From positions 10,844 through 74,843 of the forward strand of contig CAYWIH010000004.1 of the NCBI GenBank assembly GCA_964458305.1: a stretch of 64,000 nt of DNA, given 5' to 3'. The position numbers and the translations under genes were made by a program. Each line of letters opens with the position of its first letter. Within the stretch, counting starts at the first letter, position 1. Below are positions 1 to 10,244 of the stretch, piece after piece. The DNA is from an uncultured bacterium (lineage in GTDB: Bacteria; Cyanobacteriota; Cyanobacteriia; Cyanobacteriales; JASJDA01). Under the pieces are notes generated by a model. The model was not told the origin of the DNA. It searched no databases and saw only the letters and a program-made list of their open reading frames with translations.

Positions 1-405
1 GATTTTATATTCTAGATTTTGTTGGTTGCTGGTTTGAACGATTTCGAAGAGAACTTCGTTAATTTTAGTTTTGATTAATGTTACTAGGGATTCTTGAGTA
101 ATAATATCGTGTTGGAGCAACATGGTGAGGTAGTAATAATTCGAACACTCATATTCTTCTGCTCGATGGATATCTGCTTCTTTTACTTCAAGATCGGGAA
201 AGTATCGATCGAGCAGTCGTTGCCAAGATCTGTTGGGATGGTTTCCTCCGTCAGCCCAAATGAGCCGGCCTAAACCCATATATATCGTCCACTGTAAGTT
301 TCCTCCGGCCGATTTTACTTCTAATTTTCCGGTAAATTGTTCTTGCTGAAGCTTAATTAATTGTTGGTTTAGTGTTTCGTTGGCGAGATCTTTAGTTTGG
401 TTCAT
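1..405 (-). CDS. PATAN/DUF4388-like N-terminal domain protein (probable PatA/PixG-class response regulator), 5' part only; the gene continues beyond the window start
   Basis: The minus-strand frame is open from the ATG (405-403) to the window edge. It is missing from the ORF track only because it is truncated. The translation MNQTKDLANETLNQQLIKLQQEQFTGKLEVKSAGGNLQWTIYMGLGRLIWADGGNHPNRSWQRLL... fits by eye the FTG-L-V...W-IY..GRL-WA-GG-HP-R-W pattern of cyanobacterial PATAN domains. Confidence 0.55.
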   Translation of the reverse strand, partial: MNQTKDLANETLNQQLIKLQQEQFTGKLEVKSAGGNLQWTIYMGLGRLIWADGGNHPNRSWQRLLDRYFPDLEVKEADIHRAEEYECSNYYYLTMLLQHDIITQESLVTLIKTKINEVLFEIVQTSNQQNLEYKI

Positions 406-531
406 AAGGCAATAAGAAGTTATTGAGTTTAAGGTTTAATTTTAATTAGCAAAGAAGGGGGTTTTGAAATAAAAATTAAATCCGAGCTAGGGGAAGATCG
501 TTTTTGTTAGTAAAAGTATTTAAGCAAACAT

Positions 532-1422
532 ATGTTGTTAGACCGAAGTATTAATAAAAGGTTTTTAGTTCCTTATTTATTTATTTTGCCCGCGGCAATA
601 GTTTTAGGATTGACTGTATTTTTACCTGGAATTGGTGCGTTTTCATTGAGTTTTGCTCGATACGATTATGATATAACTAAATTACCGGAATGGGTAGGAT
701 TAGCAAACTTTCAAAGATTGCAAACCGATAGAGTATTTTGGCAGTGTTTAAAGAACACCTTTATTTATTTAATTGGGGTAGTTCCAGTATTGGTTTTTGC
801 CCCTTTAGGATTGGCTATTTTAGTGGATCGAAAGTTAAGAGGAATCAATTGGTTTCGCTTGCTCTACTATAGCCCAGTATTAGTTTCGATGGTAGTAGCT
901 GGAATTGCTTGGAAGGCTCTTTTTGCTTCTAATGGAATTATAAATCAATGGTTAAAACAGTTGAATTTTGATTTAGTTATTCCTTGGTTGACGAGTCCTG
1001 AATTGGCAATTTGGAGTGTAATGCTGGTGACAATTTGGAAGGGAATGGGTTATTACATGGTAATTTATTTAGCGGGATTGCAATCGATTCCTCAGCAATT
1101 ATACGAGGCTGCAGCGATGGACGGCTCGGATGGTTGGAGGAAACATTGGGATATTACGTTACCTTTAATGCGACCTTATTTAGTATTAGTAGGTTGTCTG
1201 TCGGCAATTTCAGCTAGTAAAGTTTTCGAAGAAGTATATGTAATGACTAAAGGAGGGCCGAATAATAGTTCTAAAACCGTTGTTTACTATCTTTGGGAGA
1301 AAGCTTTTGATGAGTTCGATCTCAATTATGCTTGTACGATCGGACTGGTATTATTTTTAGCGGTTTTGATTTTATCGATTTTAAATTTGTATGTCTCTCG
1401 ATATACAAACAAACAGAATTAA
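532..1422 (+). CDS. carbohydrate-type ABC transporter permease (MalF/UgpA-like inner-membrane component)
   Basis: 296 aa with multiple hydrophobic spans and an EAA loop, YEAAAMDGSDGWRKHWDITLPLMRP. Confidence 0.85.
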   Translation: MLLDRSINKRFLVPYLFILPAAIVLGLTVFLPGIGAFSLSFARYDYDITKLPEWVGLANFQRLQTDRVFWQCLKNTFIYLIGVVPVLVFAPLGLAILVDRKLRGINWFRLLYYSPVLVSMVVAGIAWKALFASNGIINQWLKQLNFDLVIPWLTSPELAIWSVMLVTIWKGMGYYMVIYLAGLQSIPQQLYEAAAMDGSDGWRKHWDITLPLMRPYLVLVGCLSAISASKVFEEVYVMTKGGPNNSSKTVVYYLWEKAFDEFDLNYACTIGLVLFLAVLILSILNLYVSRYTNKQN

Positions 1423-4400
1423 AATCTTATTTCGTATTCGACTAAAAAGCGATCGTCTCCTGAAAAGTCGGTAGAACCACGTAAGAGAAGGTTTCTATTG
1501 ATGCGGTAGCGCAAGCCAAAACGGGCGGGTTCGGGGCCGGTAAGAATTTTTTGGACGGAGAAGGAGGCATTATCGGTGATGTCTATGGCTGCTTCGATGG
1601 CGAGATCTAAAGCTCGATCGCGTCGATCGTTTTCTTCTTCGCCGATAACTTGAGTGGGAAAGATGCGTAATTCGCTCAAACCTATAATTTGGGCGAGGTC
1701 GTTTTGAAAAGTGCCAAAAAATGCGGTACCGGCCAAGTTCAGCAAGCCAGTGGTAGCATCGCCGGAGGCTGCCAAGCTGCCAACAAAATTACCACCGAGG
1801 AGAGCAATTATTTCTGCGTCGCTGCGGGGAGGACTGCTGGTTAGTGCGAGGCTATCTTCGAGTTGAGAGGCGTATCCTCTAACTCGGGCTTGAATGCGAA
1901 CGGTTTCGACCGTACCGAAGTTAAAATTAGGGGTGTCGACGATTTCGTTGGTGTTAAAAACGTCGCTGGGAACTGAAATTCTACTGGTTTCTAAGACAGA
2001 AGTTCTTAGTCTTACGTCTAAAAAGGGATCGAGTCCGCGATCGGCTGAAAAACGAGCAATATTGTTGTAGCTTCGGGCGAGACGGAATTGGGTGGTGAAG
2101 AGGTTAATGCTGCCTCGTTGGAGTTCGATCGTGCCTTCGGGAAGAATTCCAGCAATATTGCCGTTAATTGCTAAAGTTCCGGTGGCTACAAAATTAAGTA
2201 GGGGGACGAGATCGATAACGATGTTGTTTACTGCTGGAGAAAGAACTATCCTCACTTCTCGATCGAGGTTGATTTTTAAGTTATCGAATTCGATGGGTAG
2301 GTTGGTTGTTTGGGGTTCGGCTGTTGCTGTGGTGGGTTGATTGAGTTCTACTCTGCCGTCGGAGAGGGTAATATTTCCGCCGATAACAGGTTCGAATAAA
2401 CTGCCTGTAATAATTACTTCTCCGTTTACCCCGCCTTGATATAGTTTTTGAAATTGAAGGTTCAATCTTTCTAACTGAACTGTTAAGGGTCGATCGGTTT
2501 GCAGGTTAGGATCTTTTAAGGGTAGATTTCCGGCTATTTGGATCGTACCGCCCCTTCCTAAAGATCCTTGGAAGTTTTGCACTTCGATGCGATCGAAGTC
2601 GAAGACTATTTTGCTGTTAATCTGTTTGAGGGGGGCTTGGGGAATTAGTTCGGGGGCTGAGATGGTGGCATCGATTAAATCGATATTTCCTCGGGCGACT
2701 AGTTGGCTGAGATTAAATTCTTTGGGGTCTAAATTGGCGGCAATGTCTAGTTTTACTTCTCCTCGTCCTTCTTGCCAAGCTATTTGACCTCTGGTGAGGA
2801 TATTTAGGAGGATCAGTGCTTTATCTTTGATGTCTGCTGTTATTGTCAGTTGTTGGTTGTCTGGGGTGACTGAGGCAAAGGGTAGTTTGTAGGGTATGCT
2901 ACCGGATATGGTAGCGGGTTCGGCTGATGCGGCTAAAATGCTGTTAATTGAGAATTCGAGACGGGCGTTGCGATTGTTGTTGTAGTCGAAGTTTCCTTGT
3001 AAGGTTTCGACTGGGGTTTGATTGAGTTTGGCTTCGCTGACTGCTAAAGTTCCTTTGGCGATCGGGTTGTCTATGTTGCCGCCAATATTGACGGTGGCGT
3101 TCAGTAAGCCTTCTAGTTCCAGGGTTTGGGGAAGGTTAATTAATTTTTCTATTGCTGCTACTGAAAGGTTATTTATGGTTAGCTGACCTGATAAATTATC
3201 TAAGGATGTATCTGGGTTGGCAAAGTCGATGGTGCCGATCGCGGCGATCTTTCCTGCTTGATATTCAATTTCTAGGGGCAAAATAGTGAGCAGGTTGTCT
3301 TCAATGTTTCCTGTGAGGGTTAATTGAGATATTGGGATTTGTTTCTTATTTTGTTTGTTTCCCCACTGCCAGTTTTTACCGCTAAAATCGAATTCGGATC
3401 GATCGATATAAATGCGGTTACTTAAAGATCCGGCTAGGGTTAAAGTGCCGTTGAAGTTTCCTCGCAGTTCTTCTAGAGGTGGTAATACTGCTGTTTCTTG
3501 ACTTTCTTTGGCTCGATCGAGCAATACTTGTATTTCTGCTAAACGGCGCAGTCGATCGATTATACTGGCTTTTGGCCGGCCGAGATCGAATAATGGTGGG
3601 TTGGTTGGTATTTCTTGGATCTCGTCGGGACAGGGATCGGGGGAGAAGGGTATGCAGAAGGCTGGGAGAATTTGTCGGCTTGGGTTTGGCGATGGTTGGG
3701 GTAAAGTTGGGGGGCGATCGCCGTAAAGGTCTGCTGCTGTTCCTCTAGCTTCCATTTCGCCGTAGGATGATACGATCGGTAGCAGGGCGACGAGGTTTTG
3801 TATTCTGCCGTTTTCGACTGTAAAATTGCCTTGAAAGTTGCGATCGCCTGTGGTGGCTACTAAGGCGTTTTTAAGGATATATTTGGTTTGTTTTTTGGTT
3901 ACAGTTGCGTTTGAGAGTGAAAATTGACCGCTATCGTATTCGAAGGATGCGATAATGCGATCGAAGGATAGGGCTGGTATTCTTCTGCCGGAGTTGCTTG
4001 CTACTCCTGGAGATTGGATATCGATGTTTTCTCCGTAAAATGCATTATTATTTAGGTTTAAGCCGAAATTTCCTGATAGTTCTCCGGTAATTCTTTGAGA
4101 TATTAATGCTGGAGGTATGTTTACGCCGGCGAATGGGGCAAAATCTTTAATAATATTGATGGGAAATTGTCTTACTTCTGCGATGAATGTTTCTCTTTGT
4201 CTTTGTCCGGCAATTTCGATATTATTTAATTTAATTTGTAATCTTTCGGGTCGATAGGAAGGCCCTAAATTAACTAAAATGCGATCGCTTTTTCCTCTTA
4301 GTTGCAAGTTGGCTGTTTGTTGGGGGCTTACTGTCAGATTTCCTCTTAAGTTTTCTTCTAATACTAAACTGCAAATAGCAAAGTTTCGTAAAGCTAATTG

Positions 4401-6878
4401 GGCGTTTATTTGCGGTGCTGCGATCGTTCCTGATAATATTCCGTTTAGGTCTAATTCTCCTCTTACGGGAAGGTTGCTATATCTACCGGGAAATAAGTTT
4501 GGTAATGGCTGTAAATCTAATCCTACAGCAGCGATATCGAAGTAAAAGTTTTCTACGTTTGCTGTAGCTAAATCTAGGTTAACAAAGCCGGAAGTATTAA
4601 AGTTTTTGGCTGTGGCTTTTTCTATTTCTAAACGAGTTCCATTCCAATTAAATATTGCATTTAAATTATTTCTTATTATCGCAATTCCCCGAGTAAAGTT
4701 TAAGTTTCCGTTTGCGGTTACTGTTTCGGGACTGAGGTTGTTTAAATCTCCGTTTACAGTTATTTTACCGTTTAATTCTCCCCGCAATATTCCTGATAAT
4801 TGAGTATTTAAATCTAACCGATCTAAATTGAGGCGATCGGTGCTTATTGTGGTAATAAATTTACCTTCTGTTATTTCTAAATTATCTATATTTAATTTTC
4901 CCGAACCTAAAAATAATTCGCCATTGCCGATCGCATTTAAAGTTTCAGCATCCCAACTATTCAAACTACCATTTAAGTTTAAGCTTCCCCTTGCTGGATC
5001 GAAACGATTTATGCTGGGTAATTGCAAGTTTTCTGCTTCTAAATTTGCGCTCCAATTTCCTCGATCGAATTCTAATTCTTTGGCGATTATTCTGCCGCCA
5101 TTTATTAAATTAACTGTGGCATAATCGGTATTTACAGTAATAGAATTTGGTTGAAAAGTATAATCCGCGCCGGAAATATTAAACGCAGTATTAAAAGTGC
5201 CAAAATTTCCAGTTTGATTTGATAATTGAAAGTTGGATACTTGAATATTCCCACCCCAATCATCTTTTCTTACTTGGAAATTATTGACGTTAACATTGCC
5301 TCCGGCTACTTCAATGTTAGCTGCAACTACAGCATTATTATCGGCAAAAGCACCGGATATATTAGTATTAGCATCAATTAAACCGAGAGCGATCGGTAAA
5401 CTAGAAGTATATTGCAGGGCGATCGCATCTCCGGGGATATTTTTTGCTTGTAATTGTATTTGAAATTCTTGCTTATCTTCTAATTTTGTTTCTCCCGTCC
5501 CAGTTACAGTTCCACCAACTAACGGAGTGGCATTTAATTGAGTCAAATAAAGATAGCCATTTTTAACATCTATATCCGCATCTAGAAAGTTAAATTTAAC
5601 GCGATCGACGGCAATTAAACCTACATTTTTTGCCTTTACTATTACTTCTGGGTTTTCTATTTCTCCGACTACTGCTAAATCGGCTTGCACTTTTCCCGAT
5701 ACGGATACTGGCAATTTGGGCAGCTCAAAAGCATCGAGTACCTGCATGATTGTAATCGGTTCGGTGGTAGCTTTAATATTGTATCCGGTGTTGCTAGTGT
5801 CTGGATTATTAGGATCTAACGGTATTGTCAAACTTCCGCTTGTTTTTGCTGGAATCGAGCCAAAAAATCCGGTAACATTTTGCAATTCGATCCGATCGCC
5901 CCTAAACTCGATCGCACCGTTTCCTTTGGTAAAAGCTTGAGGTAATTGAGGCAATTTCATAGTGACATTATCGATTTTACCGACACCATTTAAAGCATCG
6001 AGCGTTCCTTTAGTTGCTATTATTTGAAATCCATCAGTACCAACTTTTCCTGCTTCTAATTCAAAGGGTAATTCGAGAATTTGATTTAAAGTATTAGCTT
6101 GCACTGCTGCGGCTGCTATTTCTACTTCTATTTTTTCTTCTGGTATGAAAAAATTACCTTCAGCTCTTAAAGTCCCTCCGCTTGCTAATTCCCCTCCTTC
6201 TGCAGCAAATTCGATCGATTTAGCATTGTTAAGAAACTGACTATCTCCAGAGTTAACTTTAGCAGCATCAACCGTCCCTATTACTGGAGTTTTTGCTTGT
6301 CCTTGCAGTGTTTTTCCTACTAATTTTAAATCGATATTTTCTACTGTGATTTCGTCTAAATTAATTTCGTAAATAATAAATCCTTCTGGTGGGGGAACTT
6401 CTTTTAATTGCAGTACGGAAAGATCCCAAATATATTGTCCGTCTTCTTCGATTTGTTCGAGATGTAAATCGGGATTTATTAAAGCTATATCTAAGTCTAA
6501 TTTAAAGGTGCGTTGCAATAATAATTTAAGCGGATCGAAATTGTATGCTACTCTAACAGATTCTACCGTTGCGTGGGTTAAATATTGTTCGTCTTCGACT
6601 ATTTCACTTTCGCCAAAAGTTATTTTATTAGGAGAAAAACTTGTTACTCTACCTATTTTAAGTTTCCGTTTTGCAAAAACATTTTGATTAACTTGGGTTT
6701 CTACTAATGAGGATAATTGAAATTGAACGAAATACCAGCCACCGATTAATCCTCCTCCTACTCCTAGTAATAAAACGCATCCCGTACCTAATAATATACG
6801 TCGCTTCCAGTTGGGAGAATTATTATTGTTAGATTCTGTTGCTTCGTTGTTGGGTTTGGTGTTAGGAGATTGTGTCAT
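1419..6878 (-). CDS. translocation and assembly module TamB-like protein (DUF490 C-terminus; cyanobacterial homolog of plant Tic236)
   Basis: 1819-aa ORF with one N-terminal TM helix (ILLGTGCVLLLGVGGGLIGGWYF) and a very long Asn/Gly/Leu-rich beta-type body. The C-terminus ...FGLRYRINRNLLLRGSTDFSGDDRFLVEYEIRF is typical of TamB/DUF490. Confidence 0.85.
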   Translation of the reverse strand: MTQSPNTKPNNEATESNNNNSPNWKRRILLGTGCVLLLGVGGGLIGGWYFVQFQLSSLVETQVNQNVFAKRKLKIGRVTSFSPNKITFGESEIVEDEQYLTHATVESVRVAYNFDPLKLLLQRTFKLDLDIALINPDLHLEQIEEDGQYIWDLSVLQLKEVPPPEGFIIYEINLDEITVENIDLKLVGKTLQGQAKTPVIGTVDAAKVNSGDSQFLNNAKSIEFAAEGGELASGGTLRAEGNFFIPEEKIEVEIAAAAVQANTLNQILELPFELEAGKVGTDGFQIIATKGTLDALNGVGKIDNVTMKLPQLPQAFTKGNGAIEFRGDRIELQNVTGFFGSIPAKTSGSLTIPLDPNNPDTSNTGYNIKATTEPITIMQVLDAFELPKLPVSVSGKVQADLAVVGEIENPEVIVKAKNVGLIAVDRVKFNFLDADIDVKNGYLYLTQLNATPLVGGTVTGTGETKLEDKQEFQIQLQAKNIPGDAIALQYTSSLPIALGLIDANTNISGAFADNNAVVAANIEVAGGNVNVNNFQVRKDDWGGNIQVSNFQLSNQTGNFGTFNTAFNISGADYTFQPNSITVNTDYATVNLINGGRIIAKELEFDRGNWSANLEAENLQLPSINRFDPARGSLNLNGSLNSWDAETLNAIGNGELFLGSGKLNIDNLEITEGKFITTISTDRLNLDRLDLNTQLSGILRGELNGKITVNGDLNNLSPETVTANGNLNFTRGIAIIRNNLNAIFNWNGTRLEIEKATAKNFNTSGFVNLDLATANVENFYFDIAAVGLDLQPLPNLFPGRYSNLPVRGELDLNGILSGTIAAPQINAQLALRNFAICSLVLEENLRGNLTVSPQQTANLQLRGKSDRILVNLGPSYRPERLQIKLNNIEIAGQRQRETFIAEVRQFPINIIKDFAPFAGVNIPPALISQRITGELSGNFGLNLNNNAFYGENIDIQSPGVASNSGRRIPALSFDRIIASFEYDSGQFSLSNATVTKKQTKYILKNALVATTGDRNFQGNFTVENGRIQNLVALLPIVSSYGEMEARGTAADLYGDRPPTLPQPSPNPSRQILPAFCIPFSPDPCPDEIQEIPTNPPLFDLGRPKASIIDRLRRLAEIQVLLDRAKESQETAVLPPLEELRGNFNGTLTLAGSLSNRIYIDRSEFDFSGKNWQWGNKQNKKQIPISQLTLTGNIEDNLLTILPLEIEYQAGKIAAIGTIDFANPDTSLDNLSGQLTINNLSVAAIEKLINLPQTLELEGLLNATVNIGGNIDNPIAKGTLAVSEAKLNQTPVETLQGNFDYNNNRNARLEFSINSILAASAEPATISGSIPYKLPFASVTPDNQQLTITADIKDKALILLNILTRGQIAWQEGRGEVKLDIAANLDPKEFNLSQLVARGNIDLIDATISAPELIPQAPLKQINSKIVFDFDRIEVQNFQGSLGRGGTIQIAGNLPLKDPNLQTDRPLTVQLERLNLQFQKLYQGGVNGEVIITGSLFEPVIGGNITLSDGRVELNQPTTATAEPQTTNLPIEFDNLKINLDREVRIVLSPAVNNIVIDLVPLLNFVATGTLAINGNIAGILPEGTIELQRGSINLFTTQFRLARSYNNIARFSADRGLDPFLDVRLRTSVLETSRISVPSDVFNTNEIVDTPNFNFGTVETVRIQARVRGYASQLEDSLALTSSPPRSDAEIIALLGGNFVGSLAASGDATTGLLNLAGTAFFGTFQNDLAQIIGLSELRIFPTQVIGEEENDRRDRALDLAIEAAIDITDNASFSVQKILTGPEPARFGLRYRINRNLLLRGSTDFSGDDRFLVEYEIRF

Positions 6879-7005
6879 TTTAATGCTATTTGTTACGACA
6901 GCTTGAAAAAGCTTAGTCGGATCGTTCGTTTGATTTTAAATCGTTCTTAATGCTAGATTATTTTAGCAGTCGATCGAGAATTTTTCTTCTATCTTATAGT
7001 TAAGA

Positions 7006-7266
7006 ATGAATGCGATCGCCTCGGAAGATCCGATCGAAATCGATATGAAAATACAAGTTAAAGTTAAACCTAACTCCAAGCAGCAAACCATAGAAACAAC
7101 AGCAGATGGAACTTTTATCGTCCGTTTGAAGTCTCCTCCAGTCGATGGTAAAGCAAATAAAGAGTTAATCGAATTGCTTGCCAAGAAGTTTAACGTATCT
7201 AAATCGGAAATAACAATTAAATCTGGTTCGTCGGCCAGAAATAAACTGATTATAATAAATAATTAA
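7006..7266 (+). CDS. DUF167 (YggU/UPF0235) family protein
   Basis: 86 aa. The sequence [12 protein letters not shown]...[43 protein letters not shown] matches the V-PN-K...V-APP-GKAN-ELI-LLAK signature. Confidence 0.8.
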   Translation: MNAIASEDPIEIDMKIQVKVKPNSKQQTIETTADGTFIVRLKSPPVDGKANKELIELLAKKFNVSKSEITIKSGSSARNKLIIINN

Positions 7267-7323
7267 AACTTAGATTAAGATAAAAAACGAAACAAAAACA
7301 TTTAGAAATATAAAGGAAAAATC

Positions 7324-7875
7324 GTGTTAAAAAAAATTAAAAATATTGTTGCTATTACAATTACCAGCGCGATCGCCGCGATCGCTCCTGAAGTAGCAGC
7401 GCAACAAAAACAACCCTGTTATATGATAAATTCTACGGGGGAATATATCGATTTATCTTCTTTGTGCTATTATTCTCAACCCGATCGAACTATCGATAAC
7501 AGTACTAATAATAATTCTGTAACTAACGAACCGCAAGAAGTAATTAGAGAAGTGCCGTTACCGAGGTATGAAGTTCGGACTTACTACGATTATCGATTGC
7601 AGCCAGATCCTAGTTTAAAATTTTCTCGCCCCTATTTCAACTCTTATCGAATTTACACTAATCCGATCGTAGTTCCATATTATGGCAATTATTACCGTCA
7701 GGGGCCTAAATTTGGGATCGGTTATTCAAACGGTAATTTTGGTGTCGGTTTCGGCTATAATTTTAGACCCAGATACGGAAGTAGGGGTTATTACCATCGT
7801 TATGGTGGGAGCTATCGCGATCGCGCTGGTAGATATTTTTACGATCGCAATGGTGTTAAAATTCGTTCTCGTTAG
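7324..7875 (+). CDS. secreted hypothetical protein with a Tyr/Arg/Gly/Asn-rich C-terminal half
   Basis: GTG start at 7324, preceded by AGGA 8 nt upstream. Signal-peptide-like N-terminus (IVAITITSAIAAIAPEVAAQQ). Low-complexity tail RYGSRGYYHRYGGSYRDRAGRYFYDRNG. Confidence 0.6.
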   Translation: MLKKIKNIVAITITSAIAAIAPEVAAQQKQPCYMINSTGEYIDLSSLCYYSQPDRTIDNSTNNNSVTNEPQEVIREVPLPRYEVRTYYDYRLQPDPSLKFSRPYFNSYRIYTNPIVVPYYGNYYRQGPKFGIGYSNGNFGVGFGYNFRPRYGSRGYYHRYGGSYRDRAGRYFYDRNGVKIRSR

Positions 7876-7909
7876 ATAATATTTTTTTAAGTGGTAAGTA
7901 GGAAGGGAA

Positions 7910-7942
7910 GTACCATGGTAGGTCGGTACAGAAGTCAGAAGG
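7910..7942. repeat. dispersed palindrome-plus-heptamer repeat, copy 1 (GTACCATGGTAgGTCGGTACAGAAGTCAGAAGG)
   Basis: Near-identical to 45283-45308 and 54011-54040. Contains the GTACCATGGTA palindrome core and a GAAGTCA heptamer tail. Lies ~35 nt after the stop of the 7324-7875 gene. Confidence 0.8.
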
Positions 7943-8084
7943 ATTTCTAAATTTAAGTATGTATTGGATCGATTTCAATAAGGGCGATCGTTAATTATAA
8001 CTAGGTTGAATAGGAGTAAATTAATTTGCTTCTAGAAAATATTTATTTAAATAACTTTCTGCTTATTACTTATTACCCAGAAAA

Positions 8085-8549
8085 ATGAAAATAAAAAGAG
8101 AAACCGAACTACATTTAAAACGTCCTTGTTTGTTAGTAGCAGATTTAGAGCGATCGTTTAGTTTGTATCGAGATTTATTGGGTTTTGAAGTAGATTATCT
8201 TAGCGAAACAGCAACACCAGAATCTTATTTATATACTGTATTTAAAATACCGCCAACTGCTCAATTAAGATTTGCTTCTTTAACTACAAAATACGAAGAT
8301 CGCGCTTTAGCTTTAACGGAAGTAAAAAGTATAAAATTGCCAAACCCAAGGTTACCTCATTCGGTAGCATTAGTAATGAGAATTCCCGATTTAGAAGAGA
8401 AGATCGCGAAAATTAAAGAACTAGGTTTAGAAACAGTTGAAGCTAATTCTTTTACTCGTTCTGAAGATACAATATTTACAGAACAAGCTTTTTGCGATTA
8501 TGACGGTCACTTAATTATGCTTTACGAAATTAAGGAGAAATCTGCGTAA
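8085..8549 (+). CDS. VOC (glyoxalase/bleomycin-resistance/dioxygenase fold) family protein
   Basis: 154 aa. The N-terminal LKRPCLLVADLERSFSLYRDLLGFEV is a typical VOC beta-alpha-beta start. Confidence 0.65.
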   Translation: MKIKRETELHLKRPCLLVADLERSFSLYRDLLGFEVDYLSETATPESYLYTVFKIPPTAQLRFASLTTKYEDRALALTEVKSIKLPNPRLPHSVALVMRIPDLEEKIAKIKELGLETVEANSFTRSEDTIFTEQAFCDYDGHLIMLYEIKEKSA

Positions 8550-8570
8550 AAATAAACAAGGAAATTGGTA

Positions 8571-10235
8571 TTATTTTAGCCAACGACTGGCGATCGGCAT
8601 TCTCCAACCAGTACCGAAAGCGCGATCGGTGATTTTGAGACCTGGAGGTGCTTGTCTGCGTTTAAATTCGGCCCGAGCGACTAATTTCATTACTTTATTA
8701 ACTGTATCGCGATCGTAACTTTTAGCTATTATTTGTTCTGGCGATCGATGCTGACAAATTATTTGGTCGAGAATATCATCTAAAATGTCGTATGGTGGCA
8801 AGGAATCTTGGTCTTTTTGATCGGGTTTTAATTCGGCACTGGGAGGTTTATTAATAATATTAATAGGGATAATTTCTCGATTGCAATTAAGCCAATTACA
8901 AAGAGAATAAACTCTAGTTTTAGGTACGTCAGCAATGACAGCTAAACCACCGTTCATATCGCCGTATAAAGTGCAATATCCCACAGCCATTTCTGATTTA
9001 TTGCCAGTAGAAAGTAAAAGATAACCGAATTTATTGGCGATCGCCATTAATAAGTTACCTCTGATCCGAGATTGTATATTTTCTTCAGCAACGCCAAATT
9101 CTGTATTAGCAAAGAGAGGATTTAAAGACTCATCGTAAGACTTCATTATCCTTTCGATCGGCAATTTATAACTATTAATACCTAAATTATTGACTAGTGC
9201 TATAGCATCGCTAATAGAATGATCGGAACTATAAGGAGATGGCATTAACACGCCTAAAACATTATCAGATCCCAGAGCAACCGAGGCGATCGCGGCGACT
9301 AAGGCTGAATCTATTCCGCCACTCAAACCCAATACTACTTTAGTAAAGCCGCATTTTCTGGCATAATCTTTTACTCCCAAAACTAAAGCAGAAAAGATCT
9401 CTTCTTCTTCTGTTTCTGGCAAAGATACCATCGATCCTGGTAATAAATTTTCTTGGCGTTTTTCGTAATCAGCTATTACCAAATCTGGATCGAAAGCTTT
9501 AGCGCGACACATAACTTCACCGCTATGATTTAAAGCGAAGCTATTACCATCAAAAATAAGGTCGTCGTTGCCGCCAACTTGATTGACGTAAACGATCGGA
9601 ATTCTGGCCCGAAGCGCGCTATGTTTTAGCATTTCTTCGCGAATTTTTTGCTTATTTACGGTGTAAGGAGAGGCGGACAAATTAACGATCAAATCGACAT
9701 TTAATCTTACTAAATCTTCGATCGGATTAATTTGATAAGTTCGCTTTCCCCAAAACTTTTCATCGTTCCAAAGATCTTCGCAAACAGTTACGCCAATTTT
9801 AATATCATCTAAAGTAAAATAATTGCTTTCGTATCCGGGTTGAAAATAACGATCTTCATCAAAAACATCGTAAGTAGGTAAAAGACGCTTGTGAAATATT
9901 TGCTGAATTTGACCCTTATCCAATAAAGCAATACTATTAAATAATGGTTTTTCCCCTTGAGATGTAGCTTGAGGATTCTTTTCGGTCGTCCCGATTAATA
10001 CTGCTAATTTAGTTGATAATTGTCGGGCCAATCGCTCTAATTCTTCGGCCATATTTTCAATAAAACTAGGATTTAATAATAAATCCCTCGGTGGATATCC
10101 ACATAAAGACAATTCTGGAGTTAATAAAAGTCTTGCGCCTAATTGAGTTGCTTCTTCTGCTGCTGCTAATATTTGTTGAGCGTTGGCGGATAAATTGCCA
10201 ATCGTAGGATTTAATTGTGCGATCGCTATTTTCAT
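8571..10235 (-). CDS. nadE: glutamine-dependent NAD+ synthetase
   Basis: 554 aa. N-terminal CN-hydrolase domain (KIAIAQLNP...ELSLCGYPPRDLL...CEDLW). C-terminal NAD synthetase domain with the PP-loop GLSGGIDSALVA. Confidence 0.95.
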   Translation of the reverse strand: MKIAIAQLNPTIGNLSANAQQILAAAEEATQLGARLLLTPELSLCGYPPRDLLLNPSFIENMAEELERLARQLSTKLAVLIGTTEKNPQATSQGEKPLFNSIALLDKGQIQQIFHKRLLPTYDVFDEDRYFQPGYESNYFTLDDIKIGVTVCEDLWNDEKFWGKRTYQINPIEDLVRLNVDLIVNLSASPYTVNKQKIREEMLKHSALRARIPIVYVNQVGGNDDLIFDGNSFALNHSGEVMCRAKAFDPDLVIADYEKRQENLLPGSMVSLPETEEEEIFSALVLGVKDYARKCGFTKVVLGLSGGIDSALVAAIASVALGSDNVLGVLMPSPYSSDHSISDAIALVNNLGINSYKLPIERIMKSYDESLNPLFANTEFGVAEENIQSRIRGNLLMAIANKFGYLLLSTGNKSEMAVGYCTLYGDMNGGLAVIADVPKTRVYSLCNWLNCNREIIPINIINKPPSAELKPDQKDQDSLPPYDILDDILDQIICQHRSPEQIIAKSYDRDTVNKVMKLVARAEFKRRQAPPGLKITDRAFGTGWRMPIASRWLK

Positions 10236-10244
10236 TTTTTTAGT

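Noticed and set aside
2092-5940. Nine plus-strand ORFs of 65-98 aa nested inside the TamB-like gene (2092-2340, 2587-2787, 3479-3748, 3508-3726, 4279-4545, 4606-4803, 4828-5124, 5716-5940 and similar)
   Set aside because: They are antisense shadows of a single long, well-supported minus-strand ORF. Their products are low-complexity, lack motifs and have no RBS.
7369-7385. Back-to-back GCGATCGC palindromes here, and dozens more throughout the window
   Set aside because: This is the genome-wide HIP1 signature of cyanobacteria, which is a taxonomic marker and carries no meaning as a local feature.
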